A stretch of DNA of 64,000 bases from an uncultured Campylobacterales bacterium (GCA_964443745.1 CAYUEN010000001.1:905-64904), one strand, 5' to 3'. Numbered from the stretch's first letter, positions 39,363 to 49,966 are shown. Numbers and translations are program-made. Notes: generated from the sequence alone by a model not told the origin.

Positions 39363-39967
39363 TATTGCAGCCGCGAGTGAAGATCTGCGGGATTACCAAT
39401 CTCCAGGATGCGCTCGATGCGGTGGAAGCCGGCGCGGATGCGCTCGGATTCGTCTTCTATTCCAAATCTCCCCGCTTCATAGATCCCAAAAGGGCCGCGG
39501 AGATCACCGCGAATCTGCCTCCGTTCATCGAGCGGGTGGGTCTTTTCGTGGAAGAGAGTGCGGATAGGATCGATGCGGTCTGCAAAGAGGCGGGAATGTC
39601 GCTCGCACAGCTTCATTTCGATGCTTCACCGAGACTCTGCGAAGCGTTGGTTGTTCGTTATCTGAAAGTCGTACGTGCAAGATCGCGGGCGGATCTGCAA
39701 AAAGAGGCCGATAGCTACAGATTGGTCGATGCGTTCGTGGAGAGTTACGGAGGGGAGGGGAAGCGGATCGATCCGACGTGGTTTGAAGGGGTCGACTGTT
39801 CGAAAATCATCCTTGCGGGGGGCCTGGATCCGAAAGTCGTACTCTCTTTGCGCGGATACGGTTTTTTCGGTTATGATGTGAGCAGCGGGGTCGAGAAAGC
39901 CAAAGGAAAAAAAGATAAAATGAAAATGCTAAATTTCTGTAAAGCTGTGAAATATGGAAAAATTTGA
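39359..39967 (+). CDS. trpF: Phosphoribosylanthranilate isomerase
   Basis: 202 aa with VKICGITNLQDALDAVEAGADALGFVF and a C-terminal GYDVSSGVE. 4-nt overlap with rpe. Confidence 0.9.
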   Translation: MILQPRVKICGITNLQDALDAVEAGADALGFVFYSKSPRFIDPKRAAEITANLPPFIERVGLFVEESADRIDAVCKEAGMSLAQLHFDASPRLCEALVVRYLKVVRARSRADLQKEADSYRLVDAFVESYGGEGKRIDPTWFEGVDCSKIILAGGLDPKVVLSLRGYGFFGYDVSSGVEKAKGKKDKMKMLNFCKAVKYGKI

Positions 39968-40730
39968 CAACCTGGTGTACAAACTGGAGCGTGGCGCGAT
40001 CGAAAAGTCGGAGTTCGAGCAGTGTCTAGGGCGTGTGAAGAAGCATTTTAATATCGATATCGATTTGCCGATGCTGCAGTTTTTCGGTTTGCCCGTCGTG
40101 GAGGAGGAAGACCGCGTCTATCTCAAGACGGCCCAAAACAGTTATCTGGATGAAGTCTATTGCGTGGTGGATATCGAAACCAACGGCAACAGCCCCGTCA
40201 AAAATCAGATCATCGAAATCGGAGCGCTCAAATATCACCGAGGAGAGGTGGTCGATAGCTTCAGCTCTTTCATCTATGCGGACTATATTCCCGAGGCGAT
40301 CGTCAGGCTTACCAATATCGAACAAAGCGACCTGCGGGGCGCCCCTTCGCTCAAACATGTACTGCATGAATTTCGCCTCTTTCTGGGAAGCGATGTCTTT
40401 GTCGCACACAACGTGCGTTTTGATTACAACTTCATCTCCAAATCGCTTCAGACGATCGGGGAGGACGAATTGCTAAACCGCAAGCTCTGCACCGTTGATT
40501 TGGCACGCAAGACGATCGAGGCGGAGCGTCATGGATTGGGTCATCTCAAAGAGGTATTGCATATCGATGCGGGGGAGCATCATCGCGCGTATGCGGATGC
40601 GCTCAGTGCTGCGAAAGTGTTGGATGCCTGCTTTCAAAATCTCCCCGAAGAGGTCAAGACGACCGAAGATCTCATTCGCTTTTCGAAAGGCACCCCTTCA
40701 CGCAAAAGAAGGCGTGCGAAAGAGGCGTAA
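39954..40730 (+). CDS. DnaQ-family 3'-5' exonuclease (DNA polymerase III epsilon-like) with an N-terminal extension of about 65 aa
   Basis: 258 aa with Exo I VVDIETNG, Exo II FVAHNVRFDYNF and Exo III HRAYADA. Confidence 0.85.
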   Translation: MEKFDNLVYKLERGAIEKSEFEQCLGRVKKHFNIDIDLPMLQFFGLPVVEEEDRVYLKTAQNSYLDEVYCVVDIETNGNSPVKNQIIEIGALKYHRGEVVDSFSSFIYADYIPEAIVRLTNIEQSDLRGAPSLKHVLHEFRLFLGSDVFVAHNVRFDYNFISKSLQTIGEDELLNRKLCTVDLARKTIEAERHGLGHLKEVLHIDAGEHHRAYADALSAAKVLDACFQNLPEEVKTTEDLIRFSKGTPSRKRRRAKEA

Positions 40731-40743
40731 AACCTCTTTCGAC

Positions 40744-40941
40744 CTAGTGGTGACTCTTGAGGATGACGATGGTCATCTTCGCGTTGATCACCAGAAATCT
40801 GATAAATTGCCAAATCACGCAGGTTCGCATGAATTTGACGAAGCCGGTGGGAATCATCGTCTCGAATTCGGGTGTGTAGGGTTCGATATGTTTGACATGT
40901 TCGGTCTGTTTGATATGTGCTTGTTCGATACTCTCTGACAT
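40744..40941 (-). CDS. Hypothetical small membrane protein with a His-rich N-terminus
   Basis: 65 aa with AAGGAG SD 6 nt upstream. N-terminus EQAHIKQTEHVKHIE, then the hydrophobic segment FMRTCVIWQFIRFLVI. Lies downstream of sqr. Confidence 0.5.
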   Translation of the reverse strand: MSESIEQAHIKQTEHVKHIEPYTPEFETMIPTGFVKFMRTCVIWQFIRFLVINAKMTIVILKSHH

Positions 40942-40970
40942 CTTTTCTCCTTTTATCTTGTTTTATGGGT

Positions 40971-41000
40971 CGATATCCGCAAAATCGGATGCGGATATCG
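40971..41000 (-). terminator. Perfect 10-bp inverted repeat between sqr and the small ORF (terminator/attenuator candidate)
   Basis: CGATATCCGC-N10-GCGGATATCG, starting 15 nt after the sqr stop. No U-tract. Confidence 0.45.
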
Positions 41001-41014
41001 AATCGATCGACGTT

Positions 41015-42472
41015 TTACTCCGGTATGATCGTCCAGAGTGGCTTGAGCTGCGCTTTCCAGAGGAAACCGTAGTGCAGCAGATGTTTGATCCAGTGGCCCG
41101 CCAGGCCGATTTCACCGAAGGTGTAGTCGAGATCGCGTCCGAGCCCCGGATATTTTTCGAAATCGGGAACGACCGGGAAAACGGTCAATGCCGCGGCGGT
41201 TCCGTTGAAGAGGCCTTTACCGGTGGAGGCGACACACGCCGCGCCCATCTCCGTCATTCTGGCGGTGTGGGTCGGTTCGCTGGCGCCTTCGATCATATCG
41301 CGGATACTCATCGCGACCGCCTTGCCGATCATCGCCGAAGGCATACCCGTCCTGGGTGGTGTCGGATTGATCGGGGTACCGTTGGGGCTTTTCATCGGTT
41401 TGGAGATCAGATGCGGCGGAGCGAAGGCGATACCTACCGCGAAGATGTTTTTGTATTTGGGTGTCTGGTAGGTTGCGGGCCAATCTTTGGCGACCCACTC
41501 TTCGTACGGTTTGGGGGTGTAGTCCGCATCGACCTTCATCAAACCGTTGGGGGCGAAGAGTTCGCCTGTGATATCGCCGCCATCCTTGTCGTACGCTTTA
41601 AGTCCCACACCGGCAAAAGGCGGAATCAGCATTGCGAAGTCGAATTCCTCTTCACCGGTCGTACCATCGAGCAGTTCGTAATGGACCCTGTCTTTTTCCA
41701 CTTTGCTGACATGAGCGCCGACGATCCAGCCGACATCTCTCTCCGCGTAGATCGATTCGGCGAAAAGCCGGCTCGATGCGGCGTATCCGCCTCGTTTGAT
41801 ATGCAAACCGCCGATACCGAAGTCTCCCAGGAAGGATTCGTTGGAAATCCAGGTCAAAGTCGCTTTGTCTCTGACACCCGCCTCTTTGAGGGTATGCTCG
41901 ACGTTGAAGATATATTCGAACGCCGCCCCCTGACAGGTACACATACCATGTCCGGTGCCGATCAGGAATTTGAGGTGCTCTCCCTTTTTCATTCTTTCGA
42001 TGCAAGCTTCAAGCTCCTGGCTTGCATGGGTGGCATGGTCGGCCGTACATACAGAAACCGTATAGCCGCCATCGGGCCCCAACCCTTCGGTCGCCGCAAA
42101 ATTGAGTTTCGGCCCGGTTGCGTTGATCAGATAGTCGTAGGTGACGGTATCGGTTTCACCCGCCTTGGAAGGATCGGTGTATTCGATCGTGATATAGGGT
42201 TTGGATTCCTCTTTCCCCCCTTCGGGATGGATGGAAACCGCCTTCGCCTGTCTGTAGTCGATCCCCGCTTTGCCGTATACGGGGGCCAGATCGAAAGTGA
42301 CGTCGTCTTTGGTCATCTCTCCGACACCCACCCATATATTGGACGGAATCCAGTTCCATTTGCTGTTTGGGGTGACCACCACGACATCATGATCGTTACC
42401 CAGCCATTTTTTCAGGAATGTGGCCGCGGTATGTCCGGAAACACCACCTCCCATTACAACGACTCTTGCCAT
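41015..42472 (-). CDS. sqr: Sulfide:quinone oxidoreductase-family flavoprotein
   Basis: 485 aa with FAD fold VVVMGGGVSGHTAA, NATGPKLNF, a Cys-containing segment GHGMCTCQGAAFEY, and a C-terminal amphipathic tail. The SQR type cannot be determined by eye. Confidence 0.8.
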   Translation of the reverse strand: MARVVVMGGGVSGHTAATFLKKWLGNDHDVVVVTPNSKWNWIPSNIWVGVGEMTKDDVTFDLAPVYGKAGIDYRQAKAVSIHPEGGKEESKPYITIEYTDPSKAGETDTVTYDYLINATGPKLNFAATEGLGPDGGYTVSVCTADHATHASQELEACIERMKKGEHLKFLIGTGHGMCTCQGAAFEYIFNVEHTLKEAGVRDKATLTWISNESFLGDFGIGGLHIKRGGYAASSRLFAESIYAERDVGWIVGAHVSKVEKDRVHYELLDGTTGEEEFDFAMLIPPFAGVGLKAYDKDGGDITGELFAPNGLMKVDADYTPKPYEEWVAKDWPATYQTPKYKNIFAVGIAFAPPHLISKPMKSPNGTPINPTPPRTGMPSAMIGKAVAMSIRDMIEGASEPTHTARMTEMGAACVASTGKGLFNGTAAALTVFPVVPDFEKYPGLGRDLDYTFGEIGLAGHWIKHLLHYGFLWKAQLKPLWTIIPE

Positions 42473-42575
42473 TATCGCTCCTTTAAAATATTAAGTTGTG
42501 TTATAAGTATAAGACAATTTTCTTTAAATATCCATTAGTTTTTCTAATTGTTGAGAAATTCTTTCCGGATCGGGA

Positions 42576-44036
42576 TCATTTTGCGCGAAAGATCCTTCTT
42601 TTGTCTTCGACGATGGAAGCGTATAGCGCTTTGCAACGCTCGCTATAGCAGACGATATTCTCTTTCCCGATTACGTCGGAGTGTTCGTATTGCAGTTGCA
42701 GATAATCTCTTCCCCTGTGCATCCCGAACAAGACACCGCTATAGAAAAATCCCGATGCGTTGAGCGTCTCTATCACCGCATCGATCGCTTCGATCTCTTC
42801 AAGATTAATCTGAGCATAGAGCATATCGCAGTGTTTTGCCAGAAGGGTATGGAACATCATCTGAAATTTGTGTTCGAATCGGGGGCCGATATGGTTGATG
42901 ACGAGCGTGGCGGTGTTGGAGGAGGGGTCGAAGGTGTAGTAGAAGCGGGAATGTTGGGCGCGTTCATCGCTTTTGGGCAGACTCTCGAAAGAGATATGCT
43001 CGCAGTTTTCGTAACACTCGATGATACTTCGTGCATAGACATCGGGCAGGAAGATTCGTTTGTGACTAGAACGCAGCAGTTTGTAGCCGATGAGGACCGA
43101 ACCTCTCTTTTTCACCTGTGTGAGCGTATTGTGCTCGATCTCCACATCGGGCGGTGTCTTCCCCAGCATCAGTGCCGTTTCACAAAAGCCGTGGCGCAGG
43201 TTGCTTTTTTGGCTGAAAGGGTGATACATCACCGCCTCTCCGAAAAGGGCATCCAGACCGAGTGTTTCGGCTTTTTGCAAAAGGGCGTCGAACATCCGGT
43301 TCATGATGCCCATACCTTTGTAGAGGGGATCGACGACGACCACACCGATTTCCGCGATGTCGCTATCGGGAACGTTCACGAGGGCGAAGTGCCCGACGAT
43401 CTTTCCGTCCGCTTCGGCGACGACGGAGTGGAATTTGATACCGTGGAATTTCGCGATCTGCTTGGGGTAGTAGAAGAGATCCTTGATATAGGTGTGTTTG
43501 TAGTTTTGGTAGATAAGGCGTGCGATCGCCTCTTCGTCGCCGGAACGGTATTCCCGTATCCGTACATCTACACTCTTCGGCAGGCGCGTATCAGAGGGCG
43601 CTTCGCTCCGTTTTCGCGGTTCGGTGTGGATTTCGTGTCCGAGATATTTGATGATCGTAAACCGTTTTCCCTCTTTTCCCAGGTTTTTGTATTCGAAACG
43701 GTCGGTGACGTTCCAGATGCGGTTGAATCCTTTCTGCTCTTTTTGGTCGATAGGTACCCGAAGCGGTCGATCCTGGGCAAGTGGAACGCCCCAATCCCGC
43801 ACATCGATCCGGATGCCGTGATCAAACGGGAAAAATCCGATCTCTATCCACCCCTTTTCGCCCGGATAGGCGTGTTCGATCGCATTTTCGATCAACTCCC
43901 GGGTGGCGGCGAAGATCTCTTTGCGTTCCGTTTTGGAAAATTCCAAAAAACCGCACAACTCTTTGAGCACTTTCTTCACCAGCGGGATGTGTCTGGGGTC
44001 GTTGGGAATCTTGAGTATGATCGCATCTTCCATCAT
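42576..44036 (-). CDS. Fusion protein: RsbW/SpoIIAB-like GHKL ATPase (anti-sigma/Ser kinase type) + GNAT acetyltransferase + second GNAT-like C-terminal domain
   Basis: Lies in ORF 42576..44168. The Met at 44036 (MMEDAIILKIP) is preceded by AAGGAG and overlaps the upstream stop (ATGATGA). N-box ATRELIENAIEHAY and IRIDVRDWGVP. GNAT motif A VVVDPLYKGMGIMNRMFDALLQKA. Confidence 0.8.
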   Translation of the reverse strand: MMEDAIILKIPNDPRHIPLVKKVLKELCGFLEFSKTERKEIFAATRELIENAIEHAYPGEKGWIEIGFFPFDHGIRIDVRDWGVPLAQDRPLRVPIDQKEQKGFNRIWNVTDRFEYKNLGKEGKRFTIIKYLGHEIHTEPRKRSEAPSDTRLPKSVDVRIREYRSGDEEAIARLIYQNYKHTYIKDLFYYPKQIAKFHGIKFHSVVAEADGKIVGHFALVNVPDSDIAEIGVVVVDPLYKGMGIMNRMFDALLQKAETLGLDALFGEAVMYHPFSQKSNLRHGFCETALMLGKTPPDVEIEHNTLTQVKKRGSVLIGYKLLRSSHKRIFLPDVYARSIIECYENCEHISFESLPKSDERAQHSRFYYTFDPSSNTATLVINHIGPRFEHKFQMMFHTLLAKHCDMLYAQINLEEIEAIDAVIETLNASGFFYSGVLFGMHRGRDYLQLQYEHSDVIGKENIVCYSERCKALYASIVEDKRRIFRAK

Positions 44037-45232
44037 CTCTCCTTTTCGTGCTGCAGAAAACGGATGGCGCAAAGTGCCATGGTTTTCATACCGATCGCCA
44101 ACGCGTCGTCGTCCACATCGAAGCGCGCGTGGTGTTGGGGAACGCAAGTACCTCTGTTTTCGTTGCACGTTCCCAGTCTGAAAAAAGCTCCCGGCACGAT
44201 TTTGAGATATTCGGAGAAGTCTTCACCCCCCATCACCGGATCTTTCAGGTCGACCACCCCCTCTTCGCCGACCACCTCTTTCGCCGCTTCGATGAGGATG
44301 TCCACCATCGCATCGTCGTTGATCAGTTCGGGCTGGCCGAAAAGATAGTCGAAACGGTACGTGGCTCCCATCGCATGGCAGATTCCCTTGATGGAGTCTT
44401 CCATCATCCCGGGAATCCGGTTTCTGATCTCTTCGTTGATCGTACGTACCGTCCCTTTGAGGAGCACGTGGTCGCAGATGATGTTCGGAGCGCGTCCTCC
44501 TTCGATCGTTCCCATCGAGATGACGGCGGGATGAAGAGGATCGATCTTCCGTGAAACGATGTGGTTGAGAGAGGTGACGATCATCGAACCGACCAGAATC
44601 GCGTCGACCCCTTCGTGAGGTCTGGCGCCATGGGCGGATTTGCCGAAAATCTCTATCGAAAACTGATCCGCGGAAGCCATCATGATTCCATATTTGTAAC
44701 CGATCTGGCCGGTATTGAGATAGGGATAGGCATGGAGTCCGAAAATCGCGTCGACCCCCTCCAGCGCCCCCTCCCTGATCAGGTCGATACTGCCGCCCTC
44801 CTTGCTCTCCTCGGAGGGTTGGAATATGAAGCGGATGTTGCCAGGAAGCATCTCTTTCACCTCCGCCAGGGCGATGGCGACTCCCAGGGCGATGGCGGTA
44901 TGGCTATCGTGCCCGCACGCGTGCATCACTCCCGGAATGCGGGAGGCGTAGGGCGCTCCGGTGCGCTCTTCGATCGGAAGGGCATCCATGTCGGCACGCA
45001 GGGCGACACGTTTGGCATCGTCGTGGAGGTTCAAATCGGCCACGAGGCCGTAGTTGTCCGCGAACTCCCTGATTTCGTAACCGGAGGCTTCGAGTATACC
45101 CTTTACGAGGTATTTGGTATGCGCCTCCTCTCCGGAGAGATCGGGGTGGGCATGGATATCATGGCGGATTTGGACGATGCGGTCGTTGATTTCGTCGATG
45201 ATTTTGAAGAGTCTGTTTTGCAGTTTCGACAT
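44033..45232 (-). CDS. M20D-family amidohydrolase (aminoacylase / N-acyl-amino-acid deacylase type)
   Basis: 399 aa with IRHDIHAHPDLSGEE, ALRADMDALP and MHACGHDSHTA. Confidence 0.9.
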   Translation of the reverse strand: MSKLQNRLFKIIDEINDRIVQIRHDIHAHPDLSGEEAHTKYLVKGILEASGYEIREFADNYGLVADLNLHDDAKRVALRADMDALPIEERTGAPYASRIPGVMHACGHDSHTAIALGVAIALAEVKEMLPGNIRFIFQPSEESKEGGSIDLIREGALEGVDAIFGLHAYPYLNTGQIGYKYGIMMASADQFSIEIFGKSAHGARPHEGVDAILVGSMIVTSLNHIVSRKIDPLHPAVISMGTIEGGRAPNIICDHVLLKGTVRTINEEIRNRIPGMMEDSIKGICHAMGATYRFDYLFGQPELINDDAMVDILIEAAKEVVGEEGVVDLKDPVMGGEDFSEYLKIVPGAFFRLGTCNENRGTCVPQHHARFDVDDDALAIGMKTMALCAIRFLQHEKER

Positions 45233-45301
45233 GGAAGCTCCTTCTTCGGGCTATCTTCATGATACTCCTGCAGGGATAAATTTACTCTAAACCCGAAACC
45301 G

Positions 45302-45832
45302 TCACGGTTGGCGGTACGCCTCCTTGAATTGTACGTAGCGTCTGGCCGAAGCGTAGAGTTCGGCCACTTCGCTGTCGTCGAGTTGTCGGATGGCTTTGGC
45401 CGGAGATCCCACGATCAAGCTCCGGGGCGCAAAGCGCTTGTTTTTCGTCACCAGACTTCCGGCTCCCACGATCGACTCTTCACCGATGACGGCTCCGTCC
45501 AGAATCGTCGCGCTCATTCCGATCAAAGAAGCACGCCCGATTCGGCAGCCATGGAGCATCACACGATGGCCTATCGTCACGTCGTCTTCGATGATCGTCG
45601 GATTGCCGTCGCTTCTGTCGGGTTTTTTCCAGTGGGTGACATGGATCATCGAGAGATCTTGGATGTTGACGCGGTCACCGATGCGGATATAGTGGACATC
45701 TCCGCGTATCACGCATCCGAACCAGATCGAACACTCCTTTCCGATCGTCACTTCGCCGATCACGTCGGCGCTCGGAGCGATCCAACTCTCTTCGCCGATG
45801 ACGGGTAGTCTGCCGCGGTAGGGGATGATCAT
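45302..45832 (-). CDS. Gamma-carbonic-anhydrase-like hexapeptide-repeat protein (YrdA/PaaY type)
   Basis: Lies in ORF 45302..46009. The Met at 45832 (MIIPYRG) overlaps the ppk stop (ATGA). Segments [25 protein letters not shown] and HGCRIG. Confidence 0.9.
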   Translation of the reverse strand: MIIPYRGRLPVIGEESWIAPSADVIGEVTIGKECSIWFGCVIRGDVHYIRIGDRVNIQDLSMIHVTHWKKPDRSDGNPTIIEDDVTIGHRVMLHGCRIGRASLIGMSATILDGAVIGEESIVGAGSLVTKNKRFAPRSLIVGSPAKAIRQLDDSEVAELYASARRYVQFKEAYRQP

Positions 45833-47934
45833 CGCTTCTCCTTGAAAATCTTTCTCTCCATGATCGCCGCTTCGGAGGAGGTGGTGTCCTTTTTGATCCG
45901 TTTGTAGATGCTGTTGATGTAGTTTTCCAAAAACGCCTGGGAATCGATCTTCTTTTCGCCCTCTTTGGGGGTTCTGAGCTGATAGGTGTCGTCGGGCTTG
46001 AGTTCCCATGCGAGCCTGTTGTCGCTCAGTTGCAGATGGAGCAGTTCGCGAAGTTTGGTGCTGATGTTTTCGGGATAGATCGGAATCATCAGTTCGAAGC
46101 GCTTTTCGAGGTTTCTGGGCATCCAGTCGGCGCTGGAGATATAGATCTGGGGAGAGGCGTGTTTGAAATAGAAAATACGGGAGTGTTCGAGGTATTTTCC
46201 GATGATCGAAATGACGCGGATGTTTTCGCTGATTCCTTCGAGCCCGGGTTTCAGACAGCAGATACCGCGGATGATGAGGTCGATTTCGACTCCCTCCATC
46301 GAAGCGCGATAGAGCGCTTTGATCACGTCAGGATCCACCAGCGCGTTCATCTTGGCGATGATGCGACCTTCTCCCTTTTTCGCCGCTTCGGCCCGGATCA
46401 TTCTGATCAACTCCTCTTTCATCTGGATCGGCGACATCTTGAGGTTGTTGAGCCGTTTGTTTTTGGAAAAACCGGTCAGGATATGGAAAAAGGTGATCGA
46501 ATCGCCGCGAAACTCCTCTCTGGAGGTGAAATAGCTGACGTCGGTGTAGATTTTGGCGGTCGTTTCGTTGTAGTTTCCGGTGGAGTAGTGTTGGTAGATT
46601 TTCAGTTTGTCGCCCGATTTTCGGATGATCTGGGTGATTTTGGCATGTACTTTGAATCCGGGAATTCCGTAGATGACATGCGCACCGGCCTCTTCGAGCG
46701 CTTTCGCCCAGATGAGGTTGTTCTCTTCATCAAAACGCGCTTTGAGTTCCACCATCGCCGTCACCTGCTTGCCGTTGTTGGAAGCATCGATCAGCGCCTG
46801 GACGATCGGAGAGTTTTTGCCGACACGATAGAGCGTCATTCTGATCGAGAGGACCTTGGGATCTTTGGCCGCCTCCTGGATCATCCTCACGACCGGTTCG
46901 AAGCTTTCGTAAGGTTGCAGGATCGCGACGTCCTCTTTGTCCAGAATTTTGTAGATCGGCTCTTTCTTGTCGAAAGGGGGAAGGGTTTTGGGGCGGTTGA
47001 CGGGGAGGGCGAGGTGTGAGAAGTTCTTGTCGGTGACGATATCCCACAGGGCGCCGAGATTGAGAGGGATTTCGTAGTCGTAGATGTCGTGTTCTCCGAT
47101 TTTCAGATGGGTATTGAGAAAAGAGAGTAGATCCGGATCGGGATTTTTTTCGATTTCCAGACGAACGAACGCTCCCTTTTTGCGCAGTCTCAGCCCCTGC
47201 TCCAAAATCTCCATAAAATCGTCCGCCTCCTCCTCTTCGATCACGATATCGGCGTTTCTGGTGACGCGGAAAGTGGCCGATGAGACGATGTGGTATCCGG
47301 GAAAGATGTTGTGAATGTGTTCGCGCACCAACGATTCGATAGGAATGTAGGTGTCGGGTGAAATATGGACGAATCTGGGCAGCAGTCGCGGGATACGGAT
47401 CATCGCGTATTTGAGTTCGTTTTCGTTGGCGTCGTCCTGGAGTTTGACCGCCAGAGAGAGACTGAGGTTGTTCAGAGGCGGAAAGGGGTGTGTGGCGTCG
47501 ACGGCGATGGGGATGATGACGGGGAAGATGTTTTCGTAGAAAAAGTCGTCCGCTTTCTTTTTGAGCGCATCGCCGATCTCGTGGTAATCGCTGATGAAAA
47601 GCCCCTCTTTGCGCAGATGGTGTACGATCTCTTTGTAGTTGTGCTCGAGCGTATGTTTTTCTCCTTGCAGGTAGGTGTGGATCGCATCGAGCTGTTCCAG
47701 CGGGGTCATCTTGTCCGCGCCGGTGGAGATGACGCGGGCGGAGTAGAGCTGTTTGAGTCCGGCGACGCGGATCATATAGAATTCGTCGAGATTGGTGGAG
47801 TAGATCGCGATGAATTTCAGCCGCTCGAGTAGCGGATTGCTCTTTTTCTGACTCTGATAGAGAACGCGGCTGTTGAATCTAAGCCATGAGAGTTCGCGGT
47901 TGGTATAGAAGTTGGGATTGTCCAGGCTGCTCAT
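45829..47934 (-). CDS. ppk: Polyphosphate kinase 1
   Basis: 701 aa with N-terminus [17 protein letters not shown] and two PLD-like HKD-type segments ([20 protein letters not shown]). Confidence 0.95.
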   Translation of the reverse strand: MSSLDNPNFYTNRELSWLRFNSRVLYQSQKKSNPLLERLKFIAIYSTNLDEFYMIRVAGLKQLYSARVISTGADKMTPLEQLDAIHTYLQGEKHTLEHNYKEIVHHLRKEGLFISDYHEIGDALKKKADDFFYENIFPVIIPIAVDATHPFPPLNNLSLSLAVKLQDDANENELKYAMIRIPRLLPRFVHISPDTYIPIESLVREHIHNIFPGYHIVSSATFRVTRNADIVIEEEEADDFMEILEQGLRLRKKGAFVRLEIEKNPDPDLLSFLNTHLKIGEHDIYDYEIPLNLGALWDIVTDKNFSHLALPVNRPKTLPPFDKKEPIYKILDKEDVAILQPYESFEPVVRMIQEAAKDPKVLSIRMTLYRVGKNSPIVQALIDASNNGKQVTAMVELKARFDEENNLIWAKALEEAGAHVIYGIPGFKVHAKITQIIRKSGDKLKIYQHYSTGNYNETTAKIYTDVSYFTSREEFRGDSITFFHILTGFSKNKRLNNLKMSPIQMKEELIRMIRAEAAKKGEGRIIAKMNALVDPDVIKALYRASMEGVEIDLIIRGICCLKPGLEGISENIRVISIIGKYLEHSRIFYFKHASPQIYISSADWMPRNLEKRFELMIPIYPENISTKLRELLHLQLSDNRLAWELKPDDTYQLRTPKEGEKKIDSQAFLENYINSIYKRIKKDTTSSEAAIMERKIFKEKR

Positions 47935-47992
47935 ATTCTCTCCTCTCTTTGGCTGTTTTGTACCGTTTGTATGACGATATTATAGTGAAAAT

Positions 47993-49966
47993 TTATAATT
48001 TTTTGATCTCTTCTATCTTGTCTCGGTATTTCGCGGCGATTTCGAATTCCAAAGCTTTGGCGGCTTCGGTCATCTTTTTTCGATACTCTTTGATGATTTT
48101 CTGCTTTTCGGAAGCGGGGATTTTCTCTTTCGCCCGTTTTTCGTAAAGCAACGCGGGCTCTTCGAGTCTGAGGTTTTCGTCGAGCTGGCGGATGGTGGTG
48201 GTGGGGGTGATATGGTGCGCTTTGTTGTAGGCGATCTGCTTTTCGCGTCGGTATGCGGTGACGTCGATGGCCGCTTGCATGGAGGGGGTGATTTTCTGGG
48301 CGAACATCAGGACACGGCCGTTGACGTTTCTGGCGGCGCGCCCCGCGGTCTGGATCAGGGCGGTTTCGCTGCGCAAAAACCCCTCCTTGTCCGCATCCAG
48401 AATCGCCACGAGCGAAACTTCGGGCAGATCGAGCCCCTCTCTGAGTAGATTGATGCCGATCAATACGTCAAACTCTCCCTGGCGCAAGGCCCGGATGATC
48501 TGGTTTCGCTCGATGGAGTCGATATCGGAGTGCATATATTTGACTTTCAGCCCCAGTTCCAGGTAGTAGCGGCTCAACTCTTCGGCCATCTTTTTCGTCA
48601 GTACCGTCACGAGGACGCGTTCGTTCCTGGCGACCCTTTTTTTGATTTCGTCATAGAGCCGCTCGACCTGATTTTCGCTCGGCAACACCTCGATCTTCGG
48701 ATCGAGCAATCCGGTGGGACGGATCAGCTGCTCGGCGACGTTGTGCCCGGAGAGGTCGAGTTCGAGTTGGGCGGGTGTGGCGGAGACGAAGAGGTAGGAG
48801 GGCGCCTTGTCGATGAACTCCTCGAAACGCAAGGGTCGGTTGTCGAGCGCGCTGGGAAGTCTGAATCCGTATTCGACCAACACCTCTTTTCGACTCCGAT
48901 CTCCCGCGTACATGCCCCGAAACTGCGGAAGTGAAACGTGGGATTCGTCCACGATCACCAGATACTCTTCTCCCATCGCTTCGAAGTAGTCGAAAAGCGA
49001 GTAGGGCGTCTCTCCCGGTTTTTTGCCGGTAAGATGGCGGGCGTAGTTTTCCACACCTTTGCAGGTGCCGGTGGTCTCCAGCATCTCCAGATCGAATTCC
49101 ACCCGCTGCTTGAGACGCTGGTATTCGACCAGTTTGCCCTCTTTTTTGAAAAAGTCGAGCCGAAGCGCCAACTCCGCTTCGATCTCTTTGATCGCGATCT
49201 TCAGCCGTTTCGCTCCCACGATAAACTGGCTGGCGGCGTAGACGATCACCTTCCGTTTTTCGGAACGCTTTTCGTTGGTCAAAGGGTCGAAGGTGTAGAT
49301 TCTCTCGATTTCGTCCCCGAAAAATTCGACCCGTATCGCCTCCTCGTCGCTATAGGCGGGGTAGATGTCGATCACGTCTCCGTTGACCCGAAAATCACCG
49401 CGATCGAAAAAGGTGTCGTTGCGCCGATAACCCATGTCGACCAGTTTGAGCAGCAGCTTTTTTTGGTCGATTTCGCCGCCTTTCTCGATGATTTGAACCA
49501 TCTTTTTGTATTCGTAGGGGTTTCCCAGGCCGTAGTTTGCCGAAACGGAGGCGACACAGATGACGTCGTTGTAGCTAAGCAGCGAGGCGGTCGCGGAAAG
49601 ACGCAGCCGCTCCAGCTCGGCATTGATCGAGCTGTCTTTTTCGATGAAAAGATCCTGTCTTGGGATGTAGGCTTCGGGTTGATAATAGTCGTAGTAGGAG
49701 ATGAAATACTCCACGTGATTTTTGGGGAAGAAGTGTTTGAATTCGCTGTAAAGCTGGGCCGCGAGGGTTTTGTTGTGCGTCATGATCAGGGTCGGGCGCT
49801 GGAGTTTTTCGATGATTTTCCCCATCGTGAAGGTTTTGCCGCTGCCGGTGACGCCGATGAGCGTCTGGTAGCGGTTTTTGTTGAGAATGGATGTGGAGAG
49901 TTTTTCGATCGCTTGGGGCTGGTCGCCTGAGGGGGAAAAATCGCTCACCATCTCGAATTTCGTCAA
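47993..49966 (-). CDS. uvrB: Excinuclease ABC subunit B
   Basis: 657 aa with [15 protein letters not shown] and a C-terminal UVR motif ([14 protein letters not shown]). Confidence 0.95.
   Translation of the reverse strand: MTKFEMVSDFSPSGDQPQAIEKLSTSILNKNRYQTLIGVTGSGKTFTMGKIIEKLQRPTLIMTHNKTLAAQLYSEFKHFFPKNHVEYFISYYDYYQPEAYIPRQDLFIEKDSSINAELERLRLSATASLLSYNDVICVASVSANYGLGNPYEYKKMVQIIEKGGEIDQKKLLLKLVDMGYRRNDTFFDRGDFRVNGDVIDIYPAYSDEEAIRVEFFGDEIERIYTFDPLTNEKRSEKRKVIVYAASQFIVGAKRLKIAIKEIEAELALRLDFFKKEGKLVEYQRLKQRVEFDLEMLETTGTCKGVENYARHLTGKKPGETPYSLFDYFEAMGEEYLVIVDESHVSLPQFRGMYAGDRSRKEVLVEYGFRLPSALDNRPLRFEEFIDKAPSYLFVSATPAQLELDLSGHNVAEQLIRPTGLLDPKIEVLPSENQVERLYDEIKKRVARNERVLVTVLTKKMAEELSRYYLELGLKVKYMHSDIDSIERNQIIRALRQGEFDVLIGINLLREGLDLPEVSLVAILDADKEGFLRSETALIQTAGRAARNVNGRVLMFAQKITPSMQAAIDVTAYRREKQIAYNKAHHITPTTTIRQLDENLRLEEPALLYEKRAKEKIPASEKQKIIKEYRKKMTEAAKALEFEIAAKYRDKIEEIKKL

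Noticed and set aside
40892-42538. 548-aa plus-strand ORF antisense to the SQR gene
   Set aside because: Same shadow-ORF pattern, with no SD and no motifs. The opposite strand encodes a clear flavoprotein with an FAD-binding fold.
42681-44348. 555-aa plus-strand ORF antisense to the kinase-GNAT and amidohydrolase genes
   Set aside because: Shadow ORF. It spans two translationally coupled sense genes that carry clear GHKL, GNAT and M20 motifs.
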